DNA from: a bacterium
Lineage (GTDB): Bacteria > Patescibacteriota > Minisyncoccia > Phycocordibacterales > UBA918
Length of the DNA stretch: 46,717 nucleotides
Assembly: GCA_038145135.1 (NCBI GenBank)
Contig: JAYQPD010000004.1
Coordinates: 1 to 46,717, forward strand
Direction: 5' to 3'
The notes under the pieces were generated by a model, which was given only the letters and a program-made list of their open reading frames with translations, did not search any database and was not told the origin of the DNA. A program made the position numbers and the translations under genes. Position 1 is the stretch's first letter, and every line of letters starts with the position of its first letter. Of this stretch, positions 28,301 through 34,388 are shown piece after piece.

Positions 28301-30801
28301 CCTCTTCTGGATATCTTGGACTTGGAACCACTACACCAGAGACCTTTATGTCGATCGCGGGAAATGGTACTACAGCCACACACCTTGAACTGGTAAATAC
28401 TAATGCATCAGGGTGGTCTGAACTTGATTTTGGGAATACGACCGCAACGCACGGGCTTGCGGGAATATACCTCAATGGTGCGAGTGAAAGCAGTGGTGGT
28501 GGCGCTAATTCATTCAATATTTTCACCAATGGTGCATACCCACTCATACTCTGGACTAACAATCAGGATCGTTTACACATCACGTCAGGAGGTCAAATTG
28601 GCATCGGCACTACCTCACCACACGCACGTCTCTCGGTTGACACCACCTCACTCGGTACGACGAGTGCGTTCCTCATAGGGTCATCAACAGGTACCCAGTT
28701 CGTGGTGACGAACAGTGGTAATGTGGGGATTGGTACGTCATCGCCAGACAATATTTTTAGTGTTGTCTCCCCCTACACATACCCTCAATTCGTATCTACC
28801 AATGAATGGGCTGGTATAACGATAAAAACTCTAGCTGCGGGTGGAGGTAGTGAGCTGATCCTTAGAGGACCGTCTGGTTCATACGATATCTACTACAACG
28901 AGACTGATCAGTCATTACGATTCTGGAATGGTGTTACAGACAAGATGACGCTTACCAATGGCGGCAAACTCGGCATCGGTACCACCACACCAAACTGGCA
29001 ACTCCAAGTCGCCTCAGCCACCACCCCATACGTCGCCCTCACCAACATGGCAGGTGCGAGCGGAAAGAAACACTGGCTTCTCTCTAATAGTGGTGACGGC
29101 ATCTTCCGTATCGGCCAGGCCACTGACGCCCTCACGAGCACCTCAACTGCATTCCTCATAAACACGACAAATAGCAATTTCTCTGTCGGTGCACAAGCTG
29201 GTACGTCAACTGGCTCCTATAACGCCGCTATTGGCTACCAAGCGCTCTACTCAAACACTGCCGGCACCAACAACGTCGCGATCGGGCAGGTGGCACTCTA
29301 CTCAAACTCCAGTGGAGACTACAACACCGCGATCGGCAACCGAGCACTTCTCACCAACACTTCTGGTGCAAGCAACCTCGCTATTGGTGAAGATGCTCTC
29401 TATGCAAATACTACTGGATCGTACAACCTTGGACTTGGCTGGCAAGCCCTGACCTCAAATACTACAGGTCGATACAATGTTGGTTTTGGCTATAACACAC
29501 TTGCTAACAACACGACCGGACAAGAAAACGCTGCTATGGGCTCACACGCACTCCGCAGTGTATCAACCGGTTCATACAACACTGGCCTTGGCTACTCTGC
29601 AGGGTACAACCTCTCCGGTCACGCAAACACCGTGCTTGGCAAGAACGCTGGGTACAACCTCACCACATCGCAGGGAAGTGTGGCCCTAGGTTCTGATACG
29701 TACTTCCCAAGTGCAACCACCAACCGCCAGCTCAACATAGGAAACCTGCTCTACGGTTCTCTCCCTGCAACTTCAACTGCCTTTGCGTACCCAACCAGTG
29801 GTGCCATTGGTATCGGCTCCACCTCACCAACGGCACTGCTTTCGATTCACTCAAACAACAGTGCGATGGGGAACCTCTTTAACATCGGTTCATCGACGAG
29901 TGGTGCGGCGACCAGTACCTACTTTATGGTGAAAAGCACTGGCCAAGTAGGTATAGGCACTACATCTCCGAGTGCTCAGCTTACTACCACCGGTACCGTG
30001 CAGTTTGCCGGCATCACTGGCGGCGCACTCTCGACGGACGCAAATGGTAACGTGACCGCATCGTCTGATGAACGACTGAAGCACATTCAGGGTGAGTTTA
30101 CCCGTGGACTGGATGCGCTTATGGGTATCACTCCTATTATATATAAGTGGCGTGACGAGACTGGGTACGATACTGAACACGAATACACTGGCTTCTCAGC
30201 TCAGAATATTCAAGAATTCATCCCTGAGGCGGTAATGACGAATAAGAGTGGCTTCCTCTCGCTCTCTGATCGTCCAATACTTGCAGCAGTCATCAATGCG
30301 ATCAAAGAAATGCGTAAGCGATTTGTAACGGACGAACTCTGTGTAGGCGACACCTGTATCACAGAAGCTGAGCTCAAAGACCTTTTGGATTCTAGAAACA
30401 TTCAACCATCATCAAGCAGTTCACACTCTAACGCTTCAAACACAACAACTACTACGACCACTTCTACATCGGGCACTCAAACGACAGGTAGCGGGACCAC
30501 TACATCAAGTGTGTCTAACACTGATGGTACGGCATCGAGCACAACTGGCGATACTATCTCAGAAGTAGGTACCACCGGAAGTACGACACAGAACGATACC
30601 ACTACGGATACGGTAAGTGGGGACGTCGGAGCTACCGGTACAGCTGAAACACCAACTGATCCTGTAGTCGATGAAACTATCACCCCGGTCTCTGACCCAA
30701 TTAAGGACACCACTCCACCTGTTGAGGACATGCCGCCATCAACGGATACGACTACTACAGATCTCGGAGCTGAAGTGATTAGTGATGTGCCAGGTGTGTG
30801 A
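19315..30801 (+). CDS. Giant 3828-aa fibre/adhesin-like protein with tail-fibre-type repeats and an S74 intramolecular-chaperone domain near the C-terminus
   Basis: Signal peptide LFLVIFFLFLWVVVPGSSTFA. Conserved fibre N-domain (INFYGTLKD..GTYDMVFRFYDAPTGG..PRERLAAVPYAFNSDKVDG). Many G(I/V)GT(T/S)SP turns. Five blocks of about 17-aa N.A.G..AL..NT.G repeats (~20548-20940, 21601-22220, 23710-24150, 27367-27755, 29218-29757). S74-like SSDERLKHIQ...GITPIIYKWRDE...GFSAQNIQEFIPEAV...ILAAVINAIKEMRKR at 30061-30400. Thr/Ser-rich tail. Confidence 0.85.
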   Translation: MREKYLRIHLFLVIFFLFLWVVVPGSSTFAAINEQINFYGTLKDTSENPLTGTYDMVFRFYDAPTGGTLLDTSTHTSGNGNPVTVTNGEFSVVLGSGTGNALDGIDFSSNSIYVGLTIGADSEMSPRERLAAVPYAFNSDKVDGYDAVDLLRGNASGTISASETSTLLTITQAGSGDILNLIDGSTEVFTVLDGGNVGIGSSSPSTRLSVAGSAYINGGLTITNITATGTSALTTLTSTYASTTNLTVAGTLYDSANSAGTNGYVLQTTGSGVAWVATSSLGLGGAGASTYLALTDTPGSFTSYSIPYTNSGATALLHSSTFVFDGTRLGVGTSTPYWTAQVASATTPYLALTNMAGSSGNKHWLLSNSGDGIFRIGRATDALTSTSTALLMDLVGHNFMVDTQSGTTSSTFNIGIGYQALLSNVSGHNNVAVGQQVLKLNSTGFDNVGVGDTVLWKNTSGSNNVAVGLTSLINNTTGNFNTALGAYSGINITTGHSNVIIGDNSYGENLTTGSGNIGLGTHTYFPSATSDLQLVIGNLIYGTLPATSTSFQLPTTGAVGIASSSPRALLAVHANYGYAESSLFEIGSSTASATTTLFRISNTGVITSNAAATSTFAAGINATGLQSTYLRLSGALYDSANSAGTNGYVLQTTGSGVTWVATSSLGFGSGNGTVNTGLTGYFAYYTADGTTVDDQATLYLSGSNIGIGTTTPTSLLTVYGDVDASAPNAGYKIQGQRVLYASSTNLSTVVGISAGSLLDTSGLRNTAVGYEALTAATSSDNNTAIGYQSMYSNTSGFYNLAAGAWSLYSNTGGRWNTALGAGSLTNNNTGDDNVAVGADALSYSTTGVGNTGVGSGALFKNISATSSVAVGYYAGFGSGSSYSNQGGTFIGYKSGYNSSDNSDYNTFLGYQSGYNVTTGSNNILIGAATSSTAIANLTTGSQNILIGNNISLPSATANGQLNIGNLIYGTGLDGVGSTLSTGNIGIGTTSPHARLSVDTTSLGTTSAFLVGSSTGTQFDVDGEGFVGINEKAQDYLSINANQGAGGIYLHGSTNGSIYNVIENTNTGSSAFGEFLTYNDRTSYFKAGIGSSGTTAGVYADRAYLYAGNGKSAGLSLIAASSSADIRFFTGGETAGDEQMRLTSAGYLGLGTTTPETFMSIAGNGTTATHLELVNTNTSGWSELDFGNTTATHGLAGIYLNGASESSGGGTNSFNIFTNGAYPLILWTNNQDRLHITSGGQIGIGTTSPHARLSIDTTSLGTTSAFLIGSSTGTQFVVTNSGDVGIGTRTPQHYDGYTSLTIGGSGYGNIDLLNNDGTRGLSAYVGKNTGKNYTEFDFYKAAGTIDGYFGYYEQDGIYLAGSSVPVHLANGDTPRLTLATSSKIGIGTTTPNWELQIATATTPYLALTNMAGATDKKHWLLSNSGDGIFRIGTSNDALTSTSTKALIDSALGNVHLGFQTGTSTGTNNVAIGDYALYGNTTGFANIALGFESLLVNTTGYSNISLGYRALNESTTGSNNNGIGSSALGSNTTGFDNNAIGEAAMEFNTTGSFNNGFGYQALWGNTSGSSNIGIGRWSGANNTTGIGNIAFGERTYFPSATGNRQLNIGNLIWGSLPATTTAFAYPTSGAIGIGSTSPNALLSIHSHSSSFGDLLSIGSSTSGAATSTYFVVKSDGKVGIGTTSPNAVLSIDPGQNYSAFEIGSSSATTFQVGRLQGATYVGIGESAQDYLSINASRGSGGIYLHGSANSSIYVQVENTSSNSAAYAEYYAVNDTGTQATFGIGSSNATAGVYAGRGYLWSNVAKSAGLSLVAASTSADIRFFTGGETAGDEQMRITSAGLLGVGTTSPIAGFAVQNDGSSGWEAFFKSTQAGPSSVDIGLQSSGSQVWDLYADTSGYVGFYDVSYNTTPFSIANNAPDYSFIIQSTGKVGIGTSSPAQELSVAGDIYFTGGLYDSSGSIGASSTILMSTGSGARWFATSSLGFGSGSGTVDSGSLGQLAYYAANGTTVSGSSNLFLNTSNTTFGIGTTSPHARLSVDTTSLGTTSAFTVGSSTKTLFKIANNGNVGIGTTSPTELLHVALSSEDTDVVGLFEADNSWNASYIQFKNNGSSVGGEYIGSAGATLGLWTNNTERLTVGATGLVGVGSTSPNALLSVHANSGSVGDLFNIGSSTSGAATSTYFVVKSNGRVGIGTTTPASPLDLYSIDTSFNNAADTRNTINALTFITPSSNETVTTNYTTRRRNAGMFQSIIPASNSKTVSSINGVFGYSENSSTQSVGALEGAIGFAYNKANATVHLVTGIAASAETDAGIIDQLIGLDSWTGAYGGTVNKNYGAYISLDNTGSTIGNRYGLFLATPIGTATNTDYGIYQEGTQDNYLGGKLGIGTTSPQDIFVVDDSSTWYSYPTLRVSSSSAGYSEVGLRLQTHDGENGYIIYETQGGGLNLWSSETKRAMTLKSSGNIGIGTTSPHARLSIDTTSLGTTSAFLIGSSTGTQFVVTNSGDVGIGTRTPQHYDGYTSLTIGGSGYGNIDLLNNDGTRGLSAYVGKNTGKNYTEFDFYKAAGTIDGYFGYYEQDGIYLAGSSVPVHLANGDTPRLTLATSSKIGIGTTTPNWELQIATATTPYLALTNMAGGDYQKHWLLSNSGDGAFRIGTASNSLTSTTTELLIDSALANFRVGSTISGTSYGTYNASIGFDALTSVTSGSNNIALGQTALNKTTSGSYNVGLGYAALYNNTAGQYNTALGYNALNATTFGDNNIGIGNSALSANTSGANNISIGKISGANVTTGWGNIALGERSYFPSATGNRQLNIGNLIYGSLPATTTAFAYPTSGALGIGSTSPTALLSLHANTGASYTNLFTVGSSTASATTTLFNVASNGGVGIGTTSSSDFLTIDAGTGVSGGLSIWGNVNNSVYSYLYNANSGSNAYADFWSENNRGSLADFGIGSSGTTAGVYNDRAYLYGGGGFSNGVSIVAASTSADIRFFTGGQTAGDEQMRLTSSGYLGLGTTTPETFMSIAGNGTTATHLELVNTNASGWSELDFGNTTATHGLAGIYLNGASESSGGGANSFNIFTNGAYPLILWTNNQDRLHITSGGQIGIGTTSPHARLSVDTTSLGTTSAFLIGSSTGTQFVVTNSGNVGIGTSSPDNIFSVVSPYTYPQFVSTNEWAGITIKTLAAGGGSELILRGPSGSYDIYYNETDQSLRFWNGVTDKMTLTNGGKLGIGTTTPNWQLQVASATTPYVALTNMAGASGKKHWLLSNSGDGIFRIGQATDALTSTSTAFLINTTNSNFSVGAQAGTSTGSYNAAIGYQALYSNTAGTNNVAIGQVALYSNSSGDYNTAIGNRALLTNTSGASNLAIGEDALYANTTGSYNLGLGWQALTSNTTGRYNVGFGYNTLANNTTGQENAAMGSHALRSVSTGSYNTGLGYSAGYNLSGHANTVLGKNAGYNLTTSQGSVALGSDTYFPSATTNRQLNIGNLLYGSLPATSTAFAYPTSGAIGIGSTSPTALLSIHSNNSAMGNLFNIGSSTSGAATSTYFMVKSTGQVGIGTTSPSAQLTTTGTVQFAGITGGALSTDANGNVTASSDERLKHIQGEFTRGLDALMGITPIIYKWRDETGYDTEHEYTGFSAQNIQEFIPEAVMTNKSGFLSLSDRPILAAVINAIKEMRKRFVTDELCVGDTCITEAELKDLLDSRNIQPSSSSSHSNASNTTTTTTTSTSGTQTTGSGTTTSSVSNTDGTASSTTGDTISEVGTTGSTTQNDTTTDTVSGDVGATGTAETPTDPVVDETITPVSDPIKDTTPPVEDMPPSTDTTTTDLGAEVISDVPGV
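22681..23037 (+). repeat. Module A of a second, ~97% identical intragenic repeat pair (partner at 28243-28599)
   Basis: Hand alignment gave 12 mismatches in about 365 nt. Offset 5562 bp, in frame. It encodes ADIRFFTGG.TAGDEQMRLTS.GYLGLGTTTPETFMSIAGNGTTATHLELVNTN.. Confidence 0.85.
23038..23548 (+). repeat. Copy 1 of a 511-bp perfect direct repeat inside the giant gene
   Basis: Base-by-base reading found it identical to 26692-27202. The offset is 3654 bp (1218 codons, in frame). It encodes GIGTTSPHARLSIDTTSLG...PYLALTNMAG. Confidence 0.9.
26692..27202 (+). repeat. Copy 2 of the 511-bp perfect direct repeat inside the giant gene
   Basis: Identical to 23038-23548. The identical shadow ORFs in the track (23060..23251 = 26714..26905; 23213..23449 = 26867..27103) are a by-product. 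Confidence 0.9.
28243..28599 (+). repeat. Module A' (partner of 22681-23037)
   Basis: See the partner entry. Here the module is not followed by the 511-bp repeat, so the arrangement is mosaic. Confidence 0.85.
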
Positions 30802-33158
30802 TGAAATGGTCAAACCACAGAAGAACAATACGCGTACTCATGACCTTGTTTGTGGGTGTGTTTCTGGTGTTTAGTCCACAGGTGAGCTTTGCAGACCTCT
30901 CAAGTGAGAATTTCACAGTTGGAAACCCAGTGATCACTCCCATTGGTATCACGAGCACTTCTACATCTGCCAGTTACCAACTTACTCCTGAGTATGGAAA
31001 TGTGTACCACTATGATGTTGCCACTACTCCAACCACTACGGGATCATCTGGTGGCGGTGGGGGGAGTACTACTAACAAACCACCACCCGAGGTGGTCTTA
31101 GCACCATCACCTGACACATCAGTTCTCATCGGTCCCAAAAACGTACTCATAGGCGAGCAAGTAGTGCTTGTGCTTCTCCTTAAGGACGAGAATGGTGTAA
31201 CCATTTCTGCAGAGGAACAGGATGTGGTGTTTACTGTGACTGGCGCAAATGATGGCGCCCCGGTGAGTAACTACCTGGGAGGTGGTATGTACCGTGCGAC
31301 GTACAGTGCTTCACATATAGGTGTAGATCAAGTCACAGTTCGACTTAATGGTGTAAAGATCACACAGGATTCTGACGGTGTAAGTGACGGAACACTTAAC
31401 ATAACCATCTCAGCAGTAACAGAGACCGTCACACCACCCGACACCACAGTTCCGAGCGAAGTGACGGATGACGGTCAGGACGTTGCCACTGACGATGGTA
31501 GTGATGATCAGAGCGGGACAGAAATTGATCCGTACCTTGAGTCAGGCATCACGGCATCTTGCCATCCGATCTTTACGTGGGATGGCAACAGTTCTGTACT
31601 GATTTCCCGTAGAACAGACAATTCATCTCCAACGATCGTGGCACGAATTGGCCCCAAAATGCCGTGGTTCATTGAGGTGCATGATGTACGTGGTGCTCCT
31701 CATGTCATCTATCACTTTAGTTTTTCAAACGGGCATAATGAAGAGGTGTGGTTCTCAAGATCTGACTTTGATGGTTGTGTTCAGGATGCAGGCGGGCTGG
31801 TGAGAGAAGACATAGACAATGACGGGAATGACGAATACTTTGTGGACGGGATCTATCTTGATGGAGACGGAACAACAGTACCTGTTGCCACATCGCCCTT
31901 TGGCTTACTGCTCGATTCACGAAAAACGGGACTCTATGACCTGTTTTGGAACCCGAAGCAGGGTACCTCAGAAGTCATTGAAGCGGGCGATAGGTTCTTT
32001 GTGTCCGATGCATCTATAAGTAGAACTCAAGAGTATGCTCGCATCACTGAATTGTTGTATACGGTGTCACTTGATGACAATGCTGGAGCCTTTGTCGTGC
32101 CCGTTGTTTTAGCGACACAGTTGACCACGTTTAACTCGGCTCCACTCCCGAGAGAAAAACTAACCTTACGAACGGTTGCCAACACGGTGGGGAGAATCGT
32201 CGTGCCACCAATTGTGGGCTTAGTGAGTACAGTTATGGACCACAAAACAGCTGTCGGCGTAGTCGGCGCAACTGGTGGTGTAATGATCTCACTCTTCTCA
32301 CTTGCCCGTGTACCATTTTCTTTTAGCAACTTTGGTAATCTCTTTGCACGCGGTTGGACTGGATTCATTGGGCTGTTCTTCTTTCGACGAAGACATCGTG
32401 CGTGGGGTACTGTATACGACAGTGTGACCAAGGCACCAGTCGATCCTGCGTACATTGAGCTATTTACGCCTGAAGGTAAAAAAGTTGCTGAGGCCATCAC
32501 TGACCTCGACGGACGTTACGGGTTCCTCGTCCCAGAAGGTACGTACGTCATGAACGTTATGAAAGCACACTACCAGTTTCCTTCACAGAAGACGGTATTT
32601 GCTGGTCATGATGTGATCTACAACAACTTGTATCTAGGTGGAACCTTTCAAGTGGGTGGAGTGGTGGCTCATGATGTGCCGGTCGACCCGATCGCATTTG
32701 ACTGGAACCAATGGGAAAAGATGCGTACCAACCAAACCCTTTTCATCCATCGTTTTGACCCCCTCATCGCACAGGTTACTATAGTGTTATTTTATTTTGG
32801 TTTTGCTTCAGTGCTCTGGCAACTTTACGTCACACCAGGAACGATCCTTTACCTCCTTACTGGTCTGTATACCGTACTTCTACTCATCCGATTCTTCGTA
32901 GGGAAACCGCTGCTCTACGGCACACTGAAAAGAAGTACTGTACCGCTTGCGTTCGCTATAGTTCGCGTTTTCCGTGGCGAGATGGAAGTTACAAATAAGG
33001 TGAGTGATATGTATGGAAGGTATGTGGCCCTCGTCTCACCCGGGACCTATACCATAACGATCGAGGAGCGCGTGAGTGAGAATGAGTACCGTCCCGCGCT
33101 TACTCAGGTAGTGACGACAAAAGATGGCGTGATAGATGCAAATTTCGCCATTCGCTAA
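30801..33158 (+). CDS. Polytopic membrane protein with an N-terminal Ig-like (Big_1-like) domain and two carboxypeptidase-regulatory-like domains
   Basis: Signal peptide VLMTLFVGVFLVFSPQVSFA. Ig-like ..VVFTVTGANDGAPVSNYLGGGMYRATYSASHIGVDQVTVRLNG. Several TM helices after about aa 470. CarboxypepD_reg-like WGTVYDSVTKAPVDPAYIELFTPEGKKVAEAITDLDGRYGFLVPEGTYVMNV and ..IVRVFRGEMEVTNKVSDMYGRYVALVSPGTYTITI. The ATG overlaps the giant gene's stop (TGATG); an alternative GTG lies at 30798. Confidence 0.7.
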   Translation: MKWSNHRRTIRVLMTLFVGVFLVFSPQVSFADLSSENFTVGNPVITPIGITSTSTSASYQLTPEYGNVYHYDVATTPTTTGSSGGGGGSTTNKPPPEVVLAPSPDTSVLIGPKNVLIGEQVVLVLLLKDENGVTISAEEQDVVFTVTGANDGAPVSNYLGGGMYRATYSASHIGVDQVTVRLNGVKITQDSDGVSDGTLNITISAVTETVTPPDTTVPSEVTDDGQDVATDDGSDDQSGTEIDPYLESGITASCHPIFTWDGNSSVLISRRTDNSSPTIVARIGPKMPWFIEVHDVRGAPHVIYHFSFSNGHNEEVWFSRSDFDGCVQDAGGLVREDIDNDGNDEYFVDGIYLDGDGTTVPVATSPFGLLLDSRKTGLYDLFWNPKQGTSEVIEAGDRFFVSDASISRTQEYARITELLYTVSLDDNAGAFVVPVVLATQLTTFNSAPLPREKLTLRTVANTVGRIVVPPIVGLVSTVMDHKTAVGVVGATGGVMISLFSLARVPFSFSNFGNLFARGWTGFIGLFFFRRRHRAWGTVYDSVTKAPVDPAYIELFTPEGKKVAEAITDLDGRYGFLVPEGTYVMNVMKAHYQFPSQKTVFAGHDVIYNNLYLGGTFQVGGVVAHDVPVDPIAFDWNQWEKMRTNQTLFIHRFDPLIAQVTIVLFYFGFASVLWQLYVTPGTILYLLTGLYTVLLLIRFFVGKPLLYGTLKRSTVPLAFAIVRVFRGEMEVTNKVSDMYGRYVALVSPGTYTITIEERVSENEYRPALTQVVTTKDGVIDANFAIR

Positions 33159-33210
33159 GCCAAGTTGCACCGCAGCTGTCAGTAGTGGTGAATGGGTGTA
33201 AAATGCTTGC

Positions 33211-34371
33211 ATGGAACCTCTCGCAACGCGCATTCGCCCTAAGACCCTCGACACGTTCGTGGGCCAGTCCCATCTCGTGGGTGAGGGGAAGCCACTTAGG
33301 GTAGCGATCGAGAATAAAACTCTTTTTTCGTACATCCTCTGGGGTCCACCGGGGGTGGGGAAGACAACACTCGCCAGGATCTATGCTGACGCAATGGGAG
33401 CGGAGTTCTTTGAGCTCTCGGCAGTTTCAGCGGGGAAGGCTCAGGTGCGTGATGTTATTGAGACACAGACAGGTGGAAAACCCAAAGTGCTCTTTCTTGA
33501 TGAGATACATCGCTTCAACAAGGCGCAACAAGATTTTCTTCTGCCATTTGTAGAGAATGGTACGCTGACACTCGTGGGAGCAACCACTGAAAATCCATCG
33601 TTTGAGGTTATCTCTGCACTCCTCTCACGATGTCGAGTATTCGTACTTGAACCACTCACTCCTCCCGAACTCCGCGAGATAGTGAACCGCACCGGTTTTG
33701 AGGTTGACGACGATGCGATGGAGTGGCTCGTCAATATGGCGAATGGCGACGCGAGAAAAGTTCTTGGCATACTCGACCAAACGCACGAACTCTACGGAAG
33801 TATCACTACCACACACCTCACCGAAGCAGTTCAATCGAAGCATCTTCGCTACGACCGAAAGGGTGAAGAACACTACAACACTATCAGTGCGTTCATCAAG
33901 AGTATGCGCGCTTCGCAACCAGATAGTGCACTGTACTATCTCGCTCGCATGTTGGCTGCCGGTGAAGATCCACTGTTTATCGCACGTCGAATGGTCATCT
34001 TTGCAAGCGAAGATGTTGGTATGGGACAGCCGACTGCTCTCGTGGTTGCAAACGAAGTTTTTCGAGCGTGTGAGATCATCGGCCTTCCAGAGTGTGGTCT
34101 CAATCTGGCTCATGGAGTGACCTACTTAGCGACTGCCAAGAAAGATAGGCGTGCTCACGACGCGTTTCGACTTGCGGAGGCCGATGTGGCACGCACCGGC
34201 AACCTCGACATACCACTCTTCGTGCGGAATGCTCCGACCAAGCTCATGAAGGATATTGGGTACAGTAAGGGGTACGAGATGTATACGGATGAAGACATGC
34301 GTCCAGAATCACTTCGGAAGAAGACCTACTACCCACAACCAGTGAAAAAGTCTCCACAACAGGAGACATAG
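33211..34371 (+). CDS. rarA: Replication-associated recombination protein A (MgsA/RarA AAA+ ATPase)
   Basis: LATRIRPKTLDTFVGQSHLVGEGKPL; Walker A GPPGVGKTTLA; Walker B VLFLDEIHRFNK; ATTENPSFEV; C-terminal MgsA-type helical domain ..ALYYLARMLAAGEDPLFIARRMVIFASEDVG. Confidence 0.9.
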   Translation: MEPLATRIRPKTLDTFVGQSHLVGEGKPLRVAIENKTLFSYILWGPPGVGKTTLARIYADAMGAEFFELSAVSAGKAQVRDVIETQTGGKPKVLFLDEIHRFNKAQQDFLLPFVENGTLTLVGATTENPSFEVISALLSRCRVFVLEPLTPPELREIVNRTGFEVDDDAMEWLVNMANGDARKVLGILDQTHELYGSITTTHLTEAVQSKHLRYDRKGEEHYNTISAFIKSMRASQPDSALYYLARMLAAGEDPLFIARRMVIFASEDVGMGQPTALVVANEVFRACEIIGLPECGLNLAHGVTYLATAKKDRRAHDAFRLAEADVARTGNLDIPLFVRNAPTKLMKDIGYSKGYEMYTDEDMRPESLRKKTYYPQPVKKSPQQET

Positions 34372-34388
34372 GGTGGTATTATGAACGT

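Noticed and set aside
22681-28612. A diversity-generating retroelement (template/variable repeat pair) as the explanation for the near-identical modules
   Set aside because: The mismatches are not adenine-specific (g>c, a>g, c>t, g>t, g>a, t>c, a>t were all seen). One pair is 100% identical, and no reverse transcriptase ORF is in the window.
19315-33158. Prophage or phage-remnant interpretation of the tail-fibre-like gene
   Set aside because: No capsid, portal, terminase, tail tube, baseplate, lysis, integrase or repressor genes are adjacent. The gene has a Sec-type signal peptide and is flanked by gdh and rarA. This cannot be fully excluded without more context.
33036-33335. Minus-strand ORF spanning the 30801-33158 / rarA junction
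   Set aside because: It overlaps both the 3' end of a supported CDS and the rarA N-terminus, which has clear conserved motifs. It has no features of its own.
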